Source: an uncultured Verrucomicrobiota bacterium (lineage in GTDB: Bacteria > Verrucomicrobiota > Verrucomicrobiia > Limisphaerales > UBA8199). Taken from it: DNA of 32,000 nucleotides. The notes under the pieces are model-generated. The model was not told where the DNA came from and ran no database searches. It was given only the letters and a program-made list of their open reading frames with translations. The stretch spans positions 4,156,964 to 4,188,963 of the forward strand of contig OW818681.1 in NCBI GenBank assembly GCA_942493075.1, written 5' to 3'. The stretch's first letter is position 1. Every line of letters starts with the position of its first letter. Both the position numbers and the translations under genes were made by a program. Positions 8,185-16,687 of this stretch are shown piece by piece.

Positions 8185-10050
8185 TCAAGCTCCATTCGTG
8201 CGTGTGATGAGCCCAAGGTTAGCAAGCGATTGTGTCACAGTCGCCAGCGTGCATACCTCGAAACCAGCTAGTTGGAATGCTTGCTTTTCCTCGGGGCCGT
8301 AACCTCCTTCTAAGACGGCGATGCCTTGCTTCACTTGATTGGATTTGAGTCCATCTGCCGATAGGCGGTAGCGGGCCATGGAAAGGTGTGCGCAAAACTC
8401 CCGCGTCTTATGTCCACAATCGGCTGGCGCCTTCATGCCTGATATGAAAACAGGGATTAATTGGTCCGCCCTGCGGACGCAAAGGCTTACGCGCCAGTTT
8501 CCGGCCTGGTCGCTTTGCGAGCAGTCCGTCACGAGTGTCGGTATTTCCTCGTCCTCTAGAACCGATACGCCATCTGCCCAGCGGCACTTCTTGAAGATAG
8601 CGCGCACTAGTTCTTCTAAGGGATTTATTGCCGATTGTGGGCCAATAATCCTGTGCGTCTTGCGGAGGAGGTAGCTCGTCCTCAGGTTCTGGGTGTCGAG
8701 GTCTTTAGGAATCAGACGGGCGATTGCGCGCAGCAGTAGGGCATATCGTGGCGCACCCTTTATGGGGCGTCTGTTGCTGTAGATCCCACGAATGTCATTG
8801 CGCGTTGCTTTTAGGGTGGCGTCTGAATTGTTGATCGCGGTTACGAGAGGGTAGGTGCCTAGGCCAGTCGCTTCGATTAACATCTCCGCAAACTGATTGT
8901 ACTCGTATGACGGTGTTACGGATGTGTACTGTGCCCAGAGTGCCTTAGCAGAAGCTTGGCGCAGCTTTGTGATGTCCTTTACGGAAGGTGCGCTTTTGAT
9001 TGCTTCCAGTGCCTCTAGGACTTGGGCCGAAGCGGCGAAAAGTGTGCGGGTGCGATCAAGGGCTTCCGAGAGAGCCTCGTGGTTGACCCCCAGGGTGTTT
9101 GCCTTCCGGGCAGCGAGGAAGAGTTCGAGGTCCTCTGAGGGGTGGGCAACAGTTTCGCCTGCCATGCCCTCCTCTATATGCTTGATGAGAAAGGCAAATT
9201 GCCCGTTTCTGTCCTCAATAGGAAGGCGGTGCAGAGCCTTTAGTACCTTGAGGTGGTTTGGGTCTTTAACTTCTATGGTCCATGCTTCTAAGGTCCTAAC
9301 AATCGCGTCGCATGAACCGAGTTCTGGGAACAGGAGACTTACGAGCGCGATTTGGAGCATCGCATTACGCAAACGCTCAAAGTTGTTCGACAAGTGAGTA
9401 TGGAGTTGAATTTTTGAGCAGAAGAGTCTCTCCGACGTCCAAAGGTCGAGTTTAGCATTTTTCGGGAAGGCCGTCGGAGTTAGTGGTGTGCGGATCGAGG
9501 CACGCAGTGGGGCGAGCGAGCCAAGATCGGTTTTGATGCTACGGAGCGCTGCGTGAATCTTATCTGTGCCGGTTACGCGTAGCGACTCGGCCCTGGATAG
9601 GTCTGCTTGTAGTTTCTGGTGGTTGAATAGAACGCATTCGTCGAACAGTTCGCGAAAGGAACGAAGAAAGTCGGGGTACCAACCGGCAGCGCGGTATTCG
9701 TTGCCTGAGAATTCTGCCTCAAATACTACGCATGTGCTCGTTGATTTTGGAATATAGCGTTTGAGGTCACACAGTTCTGAAACGGTTCTCCAAAATTTCG
9801 CGTGACTGGTCTCTTTGCTGTCCCAGTAGCAGACATGAAGGAAGTTCGAAGACGTTGTGTCGACAAGGAAGTCCGGGATAGTATAGATAAGCCGCTTATA
9901 CTGGTGGGGCTTGTGGCAGATTGTCGCGTGCTTGCAGAGGGATTGGCAGTTATGGCGCTCGCGATTGGGCTCGTACTCAATATTTCTGGTGTAAATGCCC
10001 TCGAGCGCCAACCACGTCAGCGCTTCGTAAAAATCAGCTCTGAAGCTCAT
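8185..10050 (-). CDS. 621-aa hypothetical protein, possible N-terminal PD-(D/E)xK nuclease domain
   Basis: ATG at 10050. I recognise no family. The N-terminus has a helix containing Glu (FYEALTWLALEG), then IPDFLVD, then 16 residues, then WDSKE (PD...DxK spacing). The rest looks helical. GC is visibly lower than in the flanking genes. Confidence 0.6.
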   Translation of the reverse strand: MSFRADFYEALTWLALEGIYTRNIEYEPNRERHNCQSLCKHATICHKPHQYKRLIYTIPDFLVDTTSSNFLHVCYWDSKETSHAKFWRTVSELCDLKRYIPKSTSTCVVFEAEFSGNEYRAAGWYPDFLRSFRELFDECVLFNHQKLQADLSRAESLRVTGTDKIHAALRSIKTDLGSLAPLRASIRTPLTPTAFPKNAKLDLWTSERLFCSKIQLHTHLSNNFERLRNAMLQIALVSLLFPELGSCDAIVRTLEAWTIEVKDPNHLKVLKALHRLPIEDRNGQFAFLIKHIEEGMAGETVAHPSEDLELFLAARKANTLGVNHEALSEALDRTRTLFAASAQVLEALEAIKSAPSVKDITKLRQASAKALWAQYTSVTPSYEYNQFAEMLIEATGLGTYPLVTAINNSDATLKATRNDIRGIYSNRRPIKGAPRYALLLRAIARLIPKDLDTQNLRTSYLLRKTHRIIGPQSAINPLEELVRAIFKKCRWADGVSVLEDEEIPTLVTDCSQSDQAGNWRVSLCVRRADQLIPVFISGMKAPADCGHKTREFCAHLSMARYRLSADGLKSNQVKQGIAVLEGGYGPEEKQAFQLAGFEVCTLATVTQSLANLGLITRTNGA

Positions 10051-10074
10051 ATTTCATATCGTGTAAGCAACCAT

Positions 10075-10254
10075 TCACAACCGATCTTCAGGTGAATCTG
10101 CGTATTGCACCGGCAACGCCACGCCCTTATGACAGGCAGACAGAAGTCCAGATTCTGCGCCAAACCTATGCAATTCTCGTTTGAATGGCCAGATACCGTG
10201 AAAAGAGATGTTTGACAGTGAGTTGGTCTTGAGTGGGTATGTGGTTGGGTTCAT
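10075..10254 (-). pseudogene. Relic (or 59-aa mini-ORF) derived from the 3' end of a second herA-like gene
   Basis: Hand translation gives MNPTTYPLKTNSLSNISFHGIWPFKRELHRFGAESGLLSACHKGVALPVQYADSPEDRL*. The segment IWPFKRELHRFGAESGLLSACHKGVALPVQ matches the intact HerA C-terminus IFPFKRELQVMGIGQAILSASYKGVPLPVQ at 18 of 30 positions. The ATG at 10254 overlaps the 102-aa ORF stop (ATGA). The ORF is below the 60-aa cut-off of the supplied track. Confidence 0.7.
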
Positions 10255-10559
10255 TTATTCTTGAGGAATCCCGTAGGAACATACTTGCGCAGGTACTGGC
10301 GGTAGAGAGTTTTGAAGCGTTCTTGCGAACAAGAAAACTTGAGTGTAACCCGCAAGTGTTTTAGAAGGGCAGTGGGCGTCTTTAGGTTCGGACCGTAATG
10401 GTCAATCAGAAAGGCCATGACTTGGTGGTCCTCGAGCGATCGAGGATTGTGTCTGGTATTCGCTTTCATGGCTTTCAGAAGGAAAGAACGACAGCACGAC
10501 TGAGCCTGCTTTCGTGAGTGATGAGGGCGTCTTACCTTGGCTGTACCTCTACTTCGCAT
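10251..10559 (-). CDS. Small hypothetical protein (102 aa; may start at the internal Met MKANT, nt 10469)
   Basis: The ORF begins 5 nt after the herA-like stop. The C-terminal ~70 aa look protein-like (SLEDHQVMAFLIDHYGPNLKTPTALLKHL). I recognise no family. Confidence 0.45.
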   Translation of the reverse strand: MRSRGTAKVRRPHHSRKQAQSCCRSFLLKAMKANTRHNPRSLEDHQVMAFLIDHYGPNLKTPTALLKHLRVTLKFSCSQERFKTLYRQYLRKYVPTGFLKNK

Positions 10560-10564
10560 AAATG

Positions 10565-12355
10565 TCAGAATTCCGGAATTTGCACAGGCAACGGCACGCC
10601 CTTGTAGCTCGCCGAAAGTATGGCCTGACCGATCCCCATGACCTGCAATTCCCGCTTGAACGGGAAGATGTCGTTGCTGGCCGTGTGGACAGCGGCCTGG
10701 CGTTCGTCCTCGTTGCCGAGGGCCATGGTAATCTCCGTGTTGATCTGGCTGAGGATGCCTTGGTCAATTTCGGTGACCTGCTGCGAAACGACAGTGAGGC
10801 CGAGGCCGAACTTCCGGCCCTGGCGGGAGATGTCGCGGAAGACGGAACCGAATTTCATCCGGGCCGGATTCAAAATGGAGGGAGCTTCCTCGATGATGAT
10901 ATTGACGGCAGGAAGATCGTTGATGTTCCGCAACGTGCCGTCCGGCCCACGGTAAGGTGAATCCGGCGCGGACAACCGTTCCTTCAGGATGTTTTTCAGG
11001 GTGTCCTGCAGGGGAATATGGCGGTCAATCTCACCTGGTTGGCCGTTTGCGCCGACGAAACTTGGCCAGTCACGCGCGCTCTTGAGAGCCTTGCGAAGCG
11101 CAAAGATGGTGCGGGCAACGACGGTGGTCAGCAGAAACTGTTCGGTCTCGGTCATCAGAGACGTATCCACATCCAGCACCCGCCCACGTTCTAGTGCGAG
11201 GACGATGTCCGCCAACGAGGAACTGTATTGCTGGGCGTTGGGGACAAGGTTGGACCGGTTGCCGCTCAGGAAACCCAACCGGCGGTTGATGCCTGCCAGT
11301 GAGGTTTTGTGAATCACGTTGTCATCAGCGACGACATCGCCATTGAGCACACCGGAGATCCAGTTCTCACCCTGCATATCGCCTATGATCTCGGCGGCAG
11401 CAGACATGATATCGGTGAACTCCATGATGGAGATGATATCCTGCGGGGTGATGTCGCGCCGGTGGAGGCGAACGCGACGGCCGTGGGTGCCGATGACGGT
11501 ATCGGCCTGGATGGCGGTTTCATCACGACAGGAAAGGTAGAAGAAGGGTTCGACAAGGCCGGTGCGTTGCTCGGGGTTCATAGCCGCCACGATGCGGGTA
11601 ATGCCGCCGGGGGAACCGGGTTTCCATTTGGCGAACTCATCGTGCGGGTCCACGGCGAACAGTGAAACCAAACGGTCCTTGGGTCCCCACTGAGCGCGGG
11701 CCGTGCCGAACAGGCGGAGGTTATTGGCGTAGATGCTATCAATGAGCACCATGAGGTTGTTGCTCTTGCCCGTACCCGTCCGACCAAAGATGCCAAGGTG
11801 GTGCGCGAAGTATTCGCCGGGAATTGAGATCCTGACAGTGGACAAGGAATGCTCGCCAGCTAGGAGATTGCCGATGAAAACACCCGTGCCGAGTTGGGAT
11901 TGCAGGATAGCGGCGAGGCAGAGCTCCTGGCGTTGGGCGGCCTGCGGGCCGCCGAAACCAACCTTGTAAACTTTGGTGAGGTGGGCCGGAAGTTTGCGCG
12001 GCGTGCGGAAATGCCAACGGCCGTTTTCATCCACTTCGGCATAGCCAAGCAGAGAACCGGTAAGGCGAAGCAATTTATCGCGGTCGAAGTCATCCGCGTA
12101 AAAGGCATCGGCGAGAGAAATCTCGTTCTTGGCCATGAAGTCCATGTCCTCATCGCGGCGAAGGACGTTGGCGTATTCCGTCATGCGGAACAGGTAAACG
12201 CGGTCGCCGCCACGGTCGGACGGGATGAGAAAAAGGTCGCCGATAGAGGTATCGAGGTTGCGGGCGAATACCGTTATCTGGGTGGTAGAAGCCATGGCCA
12301 GCACGCCGAAAAACTGGTCCTGCGCCAACGTTTGGGTGAGTTCCTGGTAGGTCAT
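10565..12355 (-). CDS. herA: HerA/FtsK-superfamily ATPase (DUF87-type, HerA-like)
   Basis: Walker A GIFGRTGTGKSN. Walker B-like VNIIIEEAPS. About 600 aa. The ATG lies 3 nt after the NurA-like stop, which is the classical nurA-herA pairing. Confidence 0.85.
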   Translation of the reverse strand: MTYQELTQTLAQDQFFGVLAMASTTQITVFARNLDTSIGDLFLIPSDRGGDRVYLFRMTEYANVLRRDEDMDFMAKNEISLADAFYADDFDRDKLLRLTGSLLGYAEVDENGRWHFRTPRKLPAHLTKVYKVGFGGPQAAQRQELCLAAILQSQLGTGVFIGNLLAGEHSLSTVRISIPGEYFAHHLGIFGRTGTGKSNNLMVLIDSIYANNLRLFGTARAQWGPKDRLVSLFAVDPHDEFAKWKPGSPGGITRIVAAMNPEQRTGLVEPFFYLSCRDETAIQADTVIGTHGRRVRLHRRDITPQDIISIMEFTDIMSAAAEIIGDMQGENWISGVLNGDVVADDNVIHKTSLAGINRRLGFLSGNRSNLVPNAQQYSSSLADIVLALERGRVLDVDTSLMTETEQFLLTTVVARTIFALRKALKSARDWPSFVGANGQPGEIDRHIPLQDTLKNILKERLSAPDSPYRGPDGTLRNINDLPAVNIIIEEAPSILNPARMKFGSVFRDISRQGRKFGLGLTVVSQQVTEIDQGILSQINTEITMALGNEDERQAAVHTASNDIFPFKRELQVMGIGQAILSASYKGVPLPVQIPEF

Positions 12356-12358
12356 ATT

Positions 12359-13549
12359 CTAGATGCCAGTCATGTGAACCTGCTCGGGGTCTTCGAGAAA
12401 TGCGCCCCGCAGCAACCCTTCCTGCTGGGCGTACTGAAGGAGCAAATCGCGAGCGGTTTTGCGCTCCTGTTTGGTGAGGCTGGCGCGCCGATGGGCGGCG
12501 TGCATGGGATACGGGTAACCGTAACTGCGCACCTCATGACAGGTGAAGTCCAGCTCCTCAAAGAACCGTGCTTCTTTTTCATCGTCGCCGGCCAAATGGG
12601 TCTGCCACCAGGCAGCGTCCACGTCCACGCGCATGGGAAAGGCCGTGGCCTCGAACTTGAACAGGTAAGACACACTGAGTTTGGGTGGGATTTCCCGGTC
12701 TTTGAGGAAAGAGAGGGGCGTGTCACCTAAGGCCTCGGAGGGGAGACGCAAAAACCAGTGCGATTTGAGACCGTGTTTATCGCGGGCCAGCCGACCGATG
12801 AAATCGCCGTTGGGGATGTTGTGTGATTTGCACAACGCGACGATGCCGGTGTTTTGTTCGTTCGCCTTGGTGATCAGGTAGCGCTTCAAGAGTTCAGGCA
12901 GATAAGGGGAATCGCCGAGAAGGAAATAGACCAAGGACGTATCCATGATCAGATACCTGGGTTTCTGCTGAAGGAGATGAATGGCCATACCCAATTCCGC
13001 CAGCGAACGGAGGAGGTAAGCGTGCGTCGCAACCTGCGAAGCATGAGAGATGGCGAAGTTGGCCCAAGTCACCTGCGACGGCTTGAGCGACTTGCCAAAC
13101 TGAGAGTAAACGGCGCAATAGTCCGACTCTTTGACCAATTCTTCTAGGCCCAGTCCGACGAGCGACTCTAAAAATGTTTTGTAAGCATCGGTCAACGCCT
13201 TGGGTTGATCCTGCAAAACAATGTGGCGTTTCAGCAGTGGCCCAAGACCACCCACCGCCGCCATCTTGCTTTGACGGGCACTCTGGGTATCGTAGGTGAC
13301 GCCGGCCGCGGTGGCGAAATGAACGAACACATCATCTTGTTGGATGATGGGGAACTCTCCTGAACCATCCACGGCACAAATGCGAAAATCCTGATCGAGG
13401 GTCGTGGTGTGCCGATACGGTCGGATGCGCTGAGCAAGAGTGTTGATCTCCTTATCCGTGGGTTTTGCGCCCTCGATGGCTCGCTTGAACTGCAGAATTG
13501 CTGCTCGCGAGGAGTCCAGCAAAGCCCGGTCTAGGAGGTCGAAGTCCAT
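12359..13549 (-). CDS. nurA: NurA-like 5'-3' nuclease
   Basis: N-terminal ICAVDGSGE (the NurA DGS motif). A second LIMDTSLVYF motif stands in for DGSL. C-terminal YGYPYPMHAAHRRASLT fits the NurA GYPyxLxxAH pattern. It sits 10 nt downstream of the DpdA-like gene and 3 nt upstream of herA. Confidence 0.75.
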   Translation of the reverse strand: MDFDLLDRALLDSSRAAILQFKRAIEGAKPTDKEINTLAQRIRPYRHTTTLDQDFRICAVDGSGEFPIIQQDDVFVHFATAAGVTYDTQSARQSKMAAVGGLGPLLKRHIVLQDQPKALTDAYKTFLESLVGLGLEELVKESDYCAVYSQFGKSLKPSQVTWANFAISHASQVATHAYLLRSLAELGMAIHLLQQKPRYLIMDTSLVYFLLGDSPYLPELLKRYLITKANEQNTGIVALCKSHNIPNGDFIGRLARDKHGLKSHWFLRLPSEALGDTPLSFLKDREIPPKLSVSYLFKFEATAFPMRVDVDAAWWQTHLAGDDEKEARFFEELDFTCHEVRSYGYPYPMHAAHRRASLTKQERKTARDLLLQYAQQEGLLRGAFLEDPEQVHMTGI

Positions 13550-13559
13550 GATTACATGC

Positions 13560-15776
13560 TCAGTTTGGTGTTCCTGTGAGTTTGCTGAAAAGTCGGAAGA
13601 ACCACCAGGTATTGTGAAACCCCCTCCGCCGGTTGCGATTGTTGCGGCGGAAGATCACAACGTCGATACCGGTGGATTTGCAAACGGCGCAGGGACAATT
13701 GCGCCAGGGTGCATCTTCAAGAAGGCGGCGATAATGAGGCTCGTTGCGAGGGTCGCCCCCCATGAGTTGGTCATATGCGACCACCTGTTTGAGGGTCGAG
13801 TCGATGTCGAGTTTGCCTTGATCAAAAGCGCGTAACGCCTGAAGTGATTTCTGCTCCTCCTTGCGCAGTCGTTCGAGGGTCCACCCTTTCTGAGTTAACT
13901 TGGATGCCTTGGCCGTGAACGAATCGCCACCCTCGCGTTGGAGTGGAGGCACGCGAAGTGCCGCGTAACGCCATTTCTCCTCCAACTCTGCTTCTTCGCC
14001 ATTGCTGGTTTTGGGATTGAGCGTGGCGATAAACCGGTCCACGTCACCAACGTAGTAGTTTGAAGTGGCAGACAACCACGCCTGGCGGAGAAAACGAGCG
14101 CTATCAATGCTGTTCACCCCGGCATCAGAAAAGGCCGTGATGGCTTCAGGGCGGGCGACGCCGAAAAGGTGAATTTGAACGCCCGGTTTACGAATACGAT
14201 TTACGCCTTCGAGCACCGAAAGGATCTCGGTTGTCTTCGAGCGGACCAATCCGCCAAGAGCAATGTATTTGTATCCCATGTCCTGCTGCTGCTTGAACAT
14301 CTCGACTTGGGATTCGACGTCGTATCCCTGACAGCCAGCTATCGGAGTAAAATTGGATCCGCGCTTTTTGTGGGATTGGATAAAATCTTTGGCGTTATCG
14401 AGCGTGATTTTCCAGCGGCGCTTGCCTTCTGTTAAGTCATCTTCCTCATACGCTGCGAGGTGGTCGCGTTTCTCAAATAGGTCACGCGGATAGGTCCGCC
14501 CCTTGACCAAAGGGAGGCCTTCTTTCGTCAGACGTTCGAACTCATCTTTGCTGATGCGCTCTTCGCCACCGCCGGGTTTGAGGATGGCATAGACGGGGCG
14601 ACTCAGATGGGCGGGAATGATAAGGTGATCGATGGAGACGCCGTAGTCGAAATCCAATGATTCATAAAAATCCAATGTCTCCTCGGTCTCGTAGGGCGGG
14701 ACTTCCTCATCAATATAGTTGAATGCGCCACAATCGCCCATGACCGGGAAGTTGCGAGGCACGCGCACATGACGATGGATGCCAATCTTGCGGATGCGCT
14801 CTTTCTTGGTCTGATTATCTTCGATGACAGACTTGCTTACGAGAATGCCATCGTAGTTGGGCGATGGATAAATTTCATGGGCGTAAACATCATGAACGTA
14901 GGGGTCGCGGCCCTCTGTGATGCCGTCGCAGAGAAAATCATAATCCGGATCAACGCGGTCATCCCACTCGGGAATGAAGTATTTCATCCGAGCCTTGGGG
15001 CGGGGAGTGAAGAAGGTGAAGCGCTGGCGCTCCTGCTCCACCAGGTGTGGCGCTTTGGAGGTTTTGACAGATTCGCTTTTGGGTTGATCGAAAAACGCGA
15101 GGACATCGGTAGCCGGGTCGCGCAACTTCTGGGGCAAGTGCGGATCTCCAGCGAGCAACTTCAACAGGCGCGCCGCGAGTTCGCCTTTGAGCCCAACCAG
15201 CCCGCAGGAAAAGCGTTTGGCCTCCGGGTTGGAGAGGGTGACGACGCGGAGGTTGGGCAAGCGCGGAATCTTCTTGGCCGGTCCCTGACCGCAGAATAAA
15301 AGGGTGAGGCCACCGAACTTCACACTGGCATCGAGTTGGCAGGCTTGCAGGTAATTGTCGCCGAGCAAGATCAGTCCCAGATCGTAGGCCTGTGCGACGG
15401 TGTTTCGGAAATCCTGCGGGATATTGAGGGTATCGGCCCAGGAGCGGATCTCTTTGCTCCCCATGGTGGCAAAGGTGCACTCGTAGGGGGCGATCTTGCG
15501 ATTCTCGGGGATTAGGCCGTAGCCGGCGCTGAGAATGAAGAGTTGATGGTTGATTGTTGAGAGTTGAGAGACAGAACTGAGAGACTGGATGCCGCGCATG
15601 AGGCGGACGTGCTGCTCACCAGAGTACAGTTGCCCTGCGGGGGTCAGAAACTGCTTAAGTTCCCGTTCCTTTTGCCGCACGTGCGCAGGTCCCTTCTGAA
15701 AATCCGCGAGGCTGATGGAATTCTCAGGCGCATGGACCTTTTCGCCTGTGCAGGATGTAATGATTAGTAGCCTCAT
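13560..15776 (-). CDS. Fusion protein: N-terminal DUF6884-like domain + C-terminal TGT-superfamily (DpdA/archaeosine-TGT-like) transglycosylase
   Basis: I prefer the ATG at 15776 (MRLLIITSCTGEK); the track uses a TTG at 15785. The N-terminus has ITSCTGEK...QLYSGEQH...ILSAGYGLIPENRKIAPYECTF (DUF6884-like pattern). The C-terminal half has TGT landmarks: VMGDCGAFNY (cf. DSGGFQ), YIALGGLV, IHLFGVARPE...VNSIDSARF (catalytic Asp region), and the Zn motif CPCAVC...(x21)...H (CxCxxC...H). Confidence 0.8.
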   Translation of the reverse strand: MRLLIITSCTGEKVHAPENSISLADFQKGPAHVRQKERELKQFLTPAGQLYSGEQHVRLMRGIQSLSSVSQLSTINHQLFILSAGYGLIPENRKIAPYECTFATMGSKEIRSWADTLNIPQDFRNTVAQAYDLGLILLGDNYLQACQLDASVKFGGLTLLFCGQGPAKKIPRLPNLRVVTLSNPEAKRFSCGLVGLKGELAARLLKLLAGDPHLPQKLRDPATDVLAFFDQPKSESVKTSKAPHLVEQERQRFTFFTPRPKARMKYFIPEWDDRVDPDYDFLCDGITEGRDPYVHDVYAHEIYPSPNYDGILVSKSVIEDNQTKKERIRKIGIHRHVRVPRNFPVMGDCGAFNYIDEEVPPYETEETLDFYESLDFDYGVSIDHLIIPAHLSRPVYAILKPGGGEERISKDEFERLTKEGLPLVKGRTYPRDLFEKRDHLAAYEEDDLTEGKRRWKITLDNAKDFIQSHKKRGSNFTPIAGCQGYDVESQVEMFKQQQDMGYKYIALGGLVRSKTTEILSVLEGVNRIRKPGVQIHLFGVARPEAITAFSDAGVNSIDSARFLRQAWLSATSNYYVGDVDRFIATLNPKTSNGEEAELEEKWRYAALRVPPLQREGGDSFTAKASKLTQKGWTLERLRKEEQKSLQALRAFDQGKLDIDSTLKQVVAYDQLMGGDPRNEPHYRRLLEDAPWRNCPCAVCKSTGIDVVIFRRNNRNRRRGFHNTWWFFRLFSKLTGTPN
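15541..15568 (+). repeat. NGTTGAR heptamer micro-array (4 units) inside the DpdA-like CDS
   Basis: agttgat ggttgat tgttgag agttgag. The first 13 nt (agttgatggttga) are identical to 27151-27163. On the minus strand it is read in frame as part of SLSSVSQLSTINHQL. Confidence 0.7.
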
Positions 15777-15991
15777 GAACAACAAAACAACACATTCTCA
15801 AGAACTTAGAGTTACATAGAGTATTTGTGCAGGAGGCACAAGGATAAGCGGGCGAAGACCCGTAAAACTAGTTAACCGAAACAAGGATGATTAAGGAAGC
15901 TGGTTGGAGATCGCAAGGAGAATAGAATCGTTTGCTGACATTCACCTACCAGAATGGCCCGACAACGACGAAATAGAAGAAACAAATGCGT

Positions 15992-16663
15992 CTAGGGCTG
16001 TAGAAGCTTATTTTGGTCCAAAAGTTTCTGCAAAATGCGAGTTGCTAACTCGGTAGCAGGATCAAACGAACACGGCAGGGTTCCCGCAGCGGCGCAACCC
16101 GCAACGTCCTCGGGGCGGTAGCGAACCCCACCATTCTTTTGCAGCCGCTGGACGTGCTCTTCAGAGACCCCATCTTGCAGGAGTGCTTCGCATATGGATT
16201 TAACCCATTCCGCGTCACCCTCTCTTTCTGCGGGCCAATCTTGGAGAACTGCCAGATCAATTCCGGCATATCTGAACACCGCCAAAACGAACGTTGCACA
16301 TGTAAGACCGACTCCGGTGTCACCCAAGAGCCACCGTCCGGTTTCATCATCGAAGCAGTCGGATGGCGCGCTGAAGCCGTAAGGCATACCAGCGCGATTG
16401 GCTTTAAGAACCTGACGACAGCGGACGGCTACTTGCAGAGCCCTTACTGTGTGGATTGGGGGATCTACCCAAAGGTAATGTGGCTTGGGATTCCGCTCAC
16501 GGAGGTCATGATGCCATGCCAAGTCAGCAAGTTTGATCTCATCCTTTAAATCTGTTTGGAACAGGATTCCTAAATGCTGCTGGCCATTTCCCATTAAGGC
16601 AATGGCTACTGCAGCATTCCGAATCTCATTAAATCCACGCTCCTCCTGTGAGTAGACCCGCAT
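15992..16663 (-). CDS. Hypothetical protein (223 aa)
   Basis: The ORF looks protein-like in composition. It has a conserved-looking His (LAWHHD) and Cys (GLTCATFVLAVF), faintly reminiscent of a papain-like/NlpC-type fold. This is not supportable beyond hypothetical. Confidence 0.6.
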   Translation of the reverse strand: MRVYSQEERGFNEIRNAAVAIALMGNGQQHLGILFQTDLKDEIKLADLAWHHDLRERNPKPHYLWVDPPIHTVRALQVAVRCRQVLKANRAGMPYGFSAPSDCFDDETGRWLLGDTGVGLTCATFVLAVFRYAGIDLAVLQDWPAEREGDAEWVKSICEALLQDGVSEEHVQRLQKNGGVRYRPEDVAGCAAAGTLPCSFDPATELATRILQKLLDQNKLLQP

Positions 16664-16687
16664 TTTGCTTGATACTCCTGTGCTGGC

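Noticed and set aside
11894-12730. 278-aa + strand ORF spanning the herA/nurA junction
   Set aside because: It lies opposite two motif-supported minus-strand genes and crosses their boundary. The composition is that of a shadow ORF.
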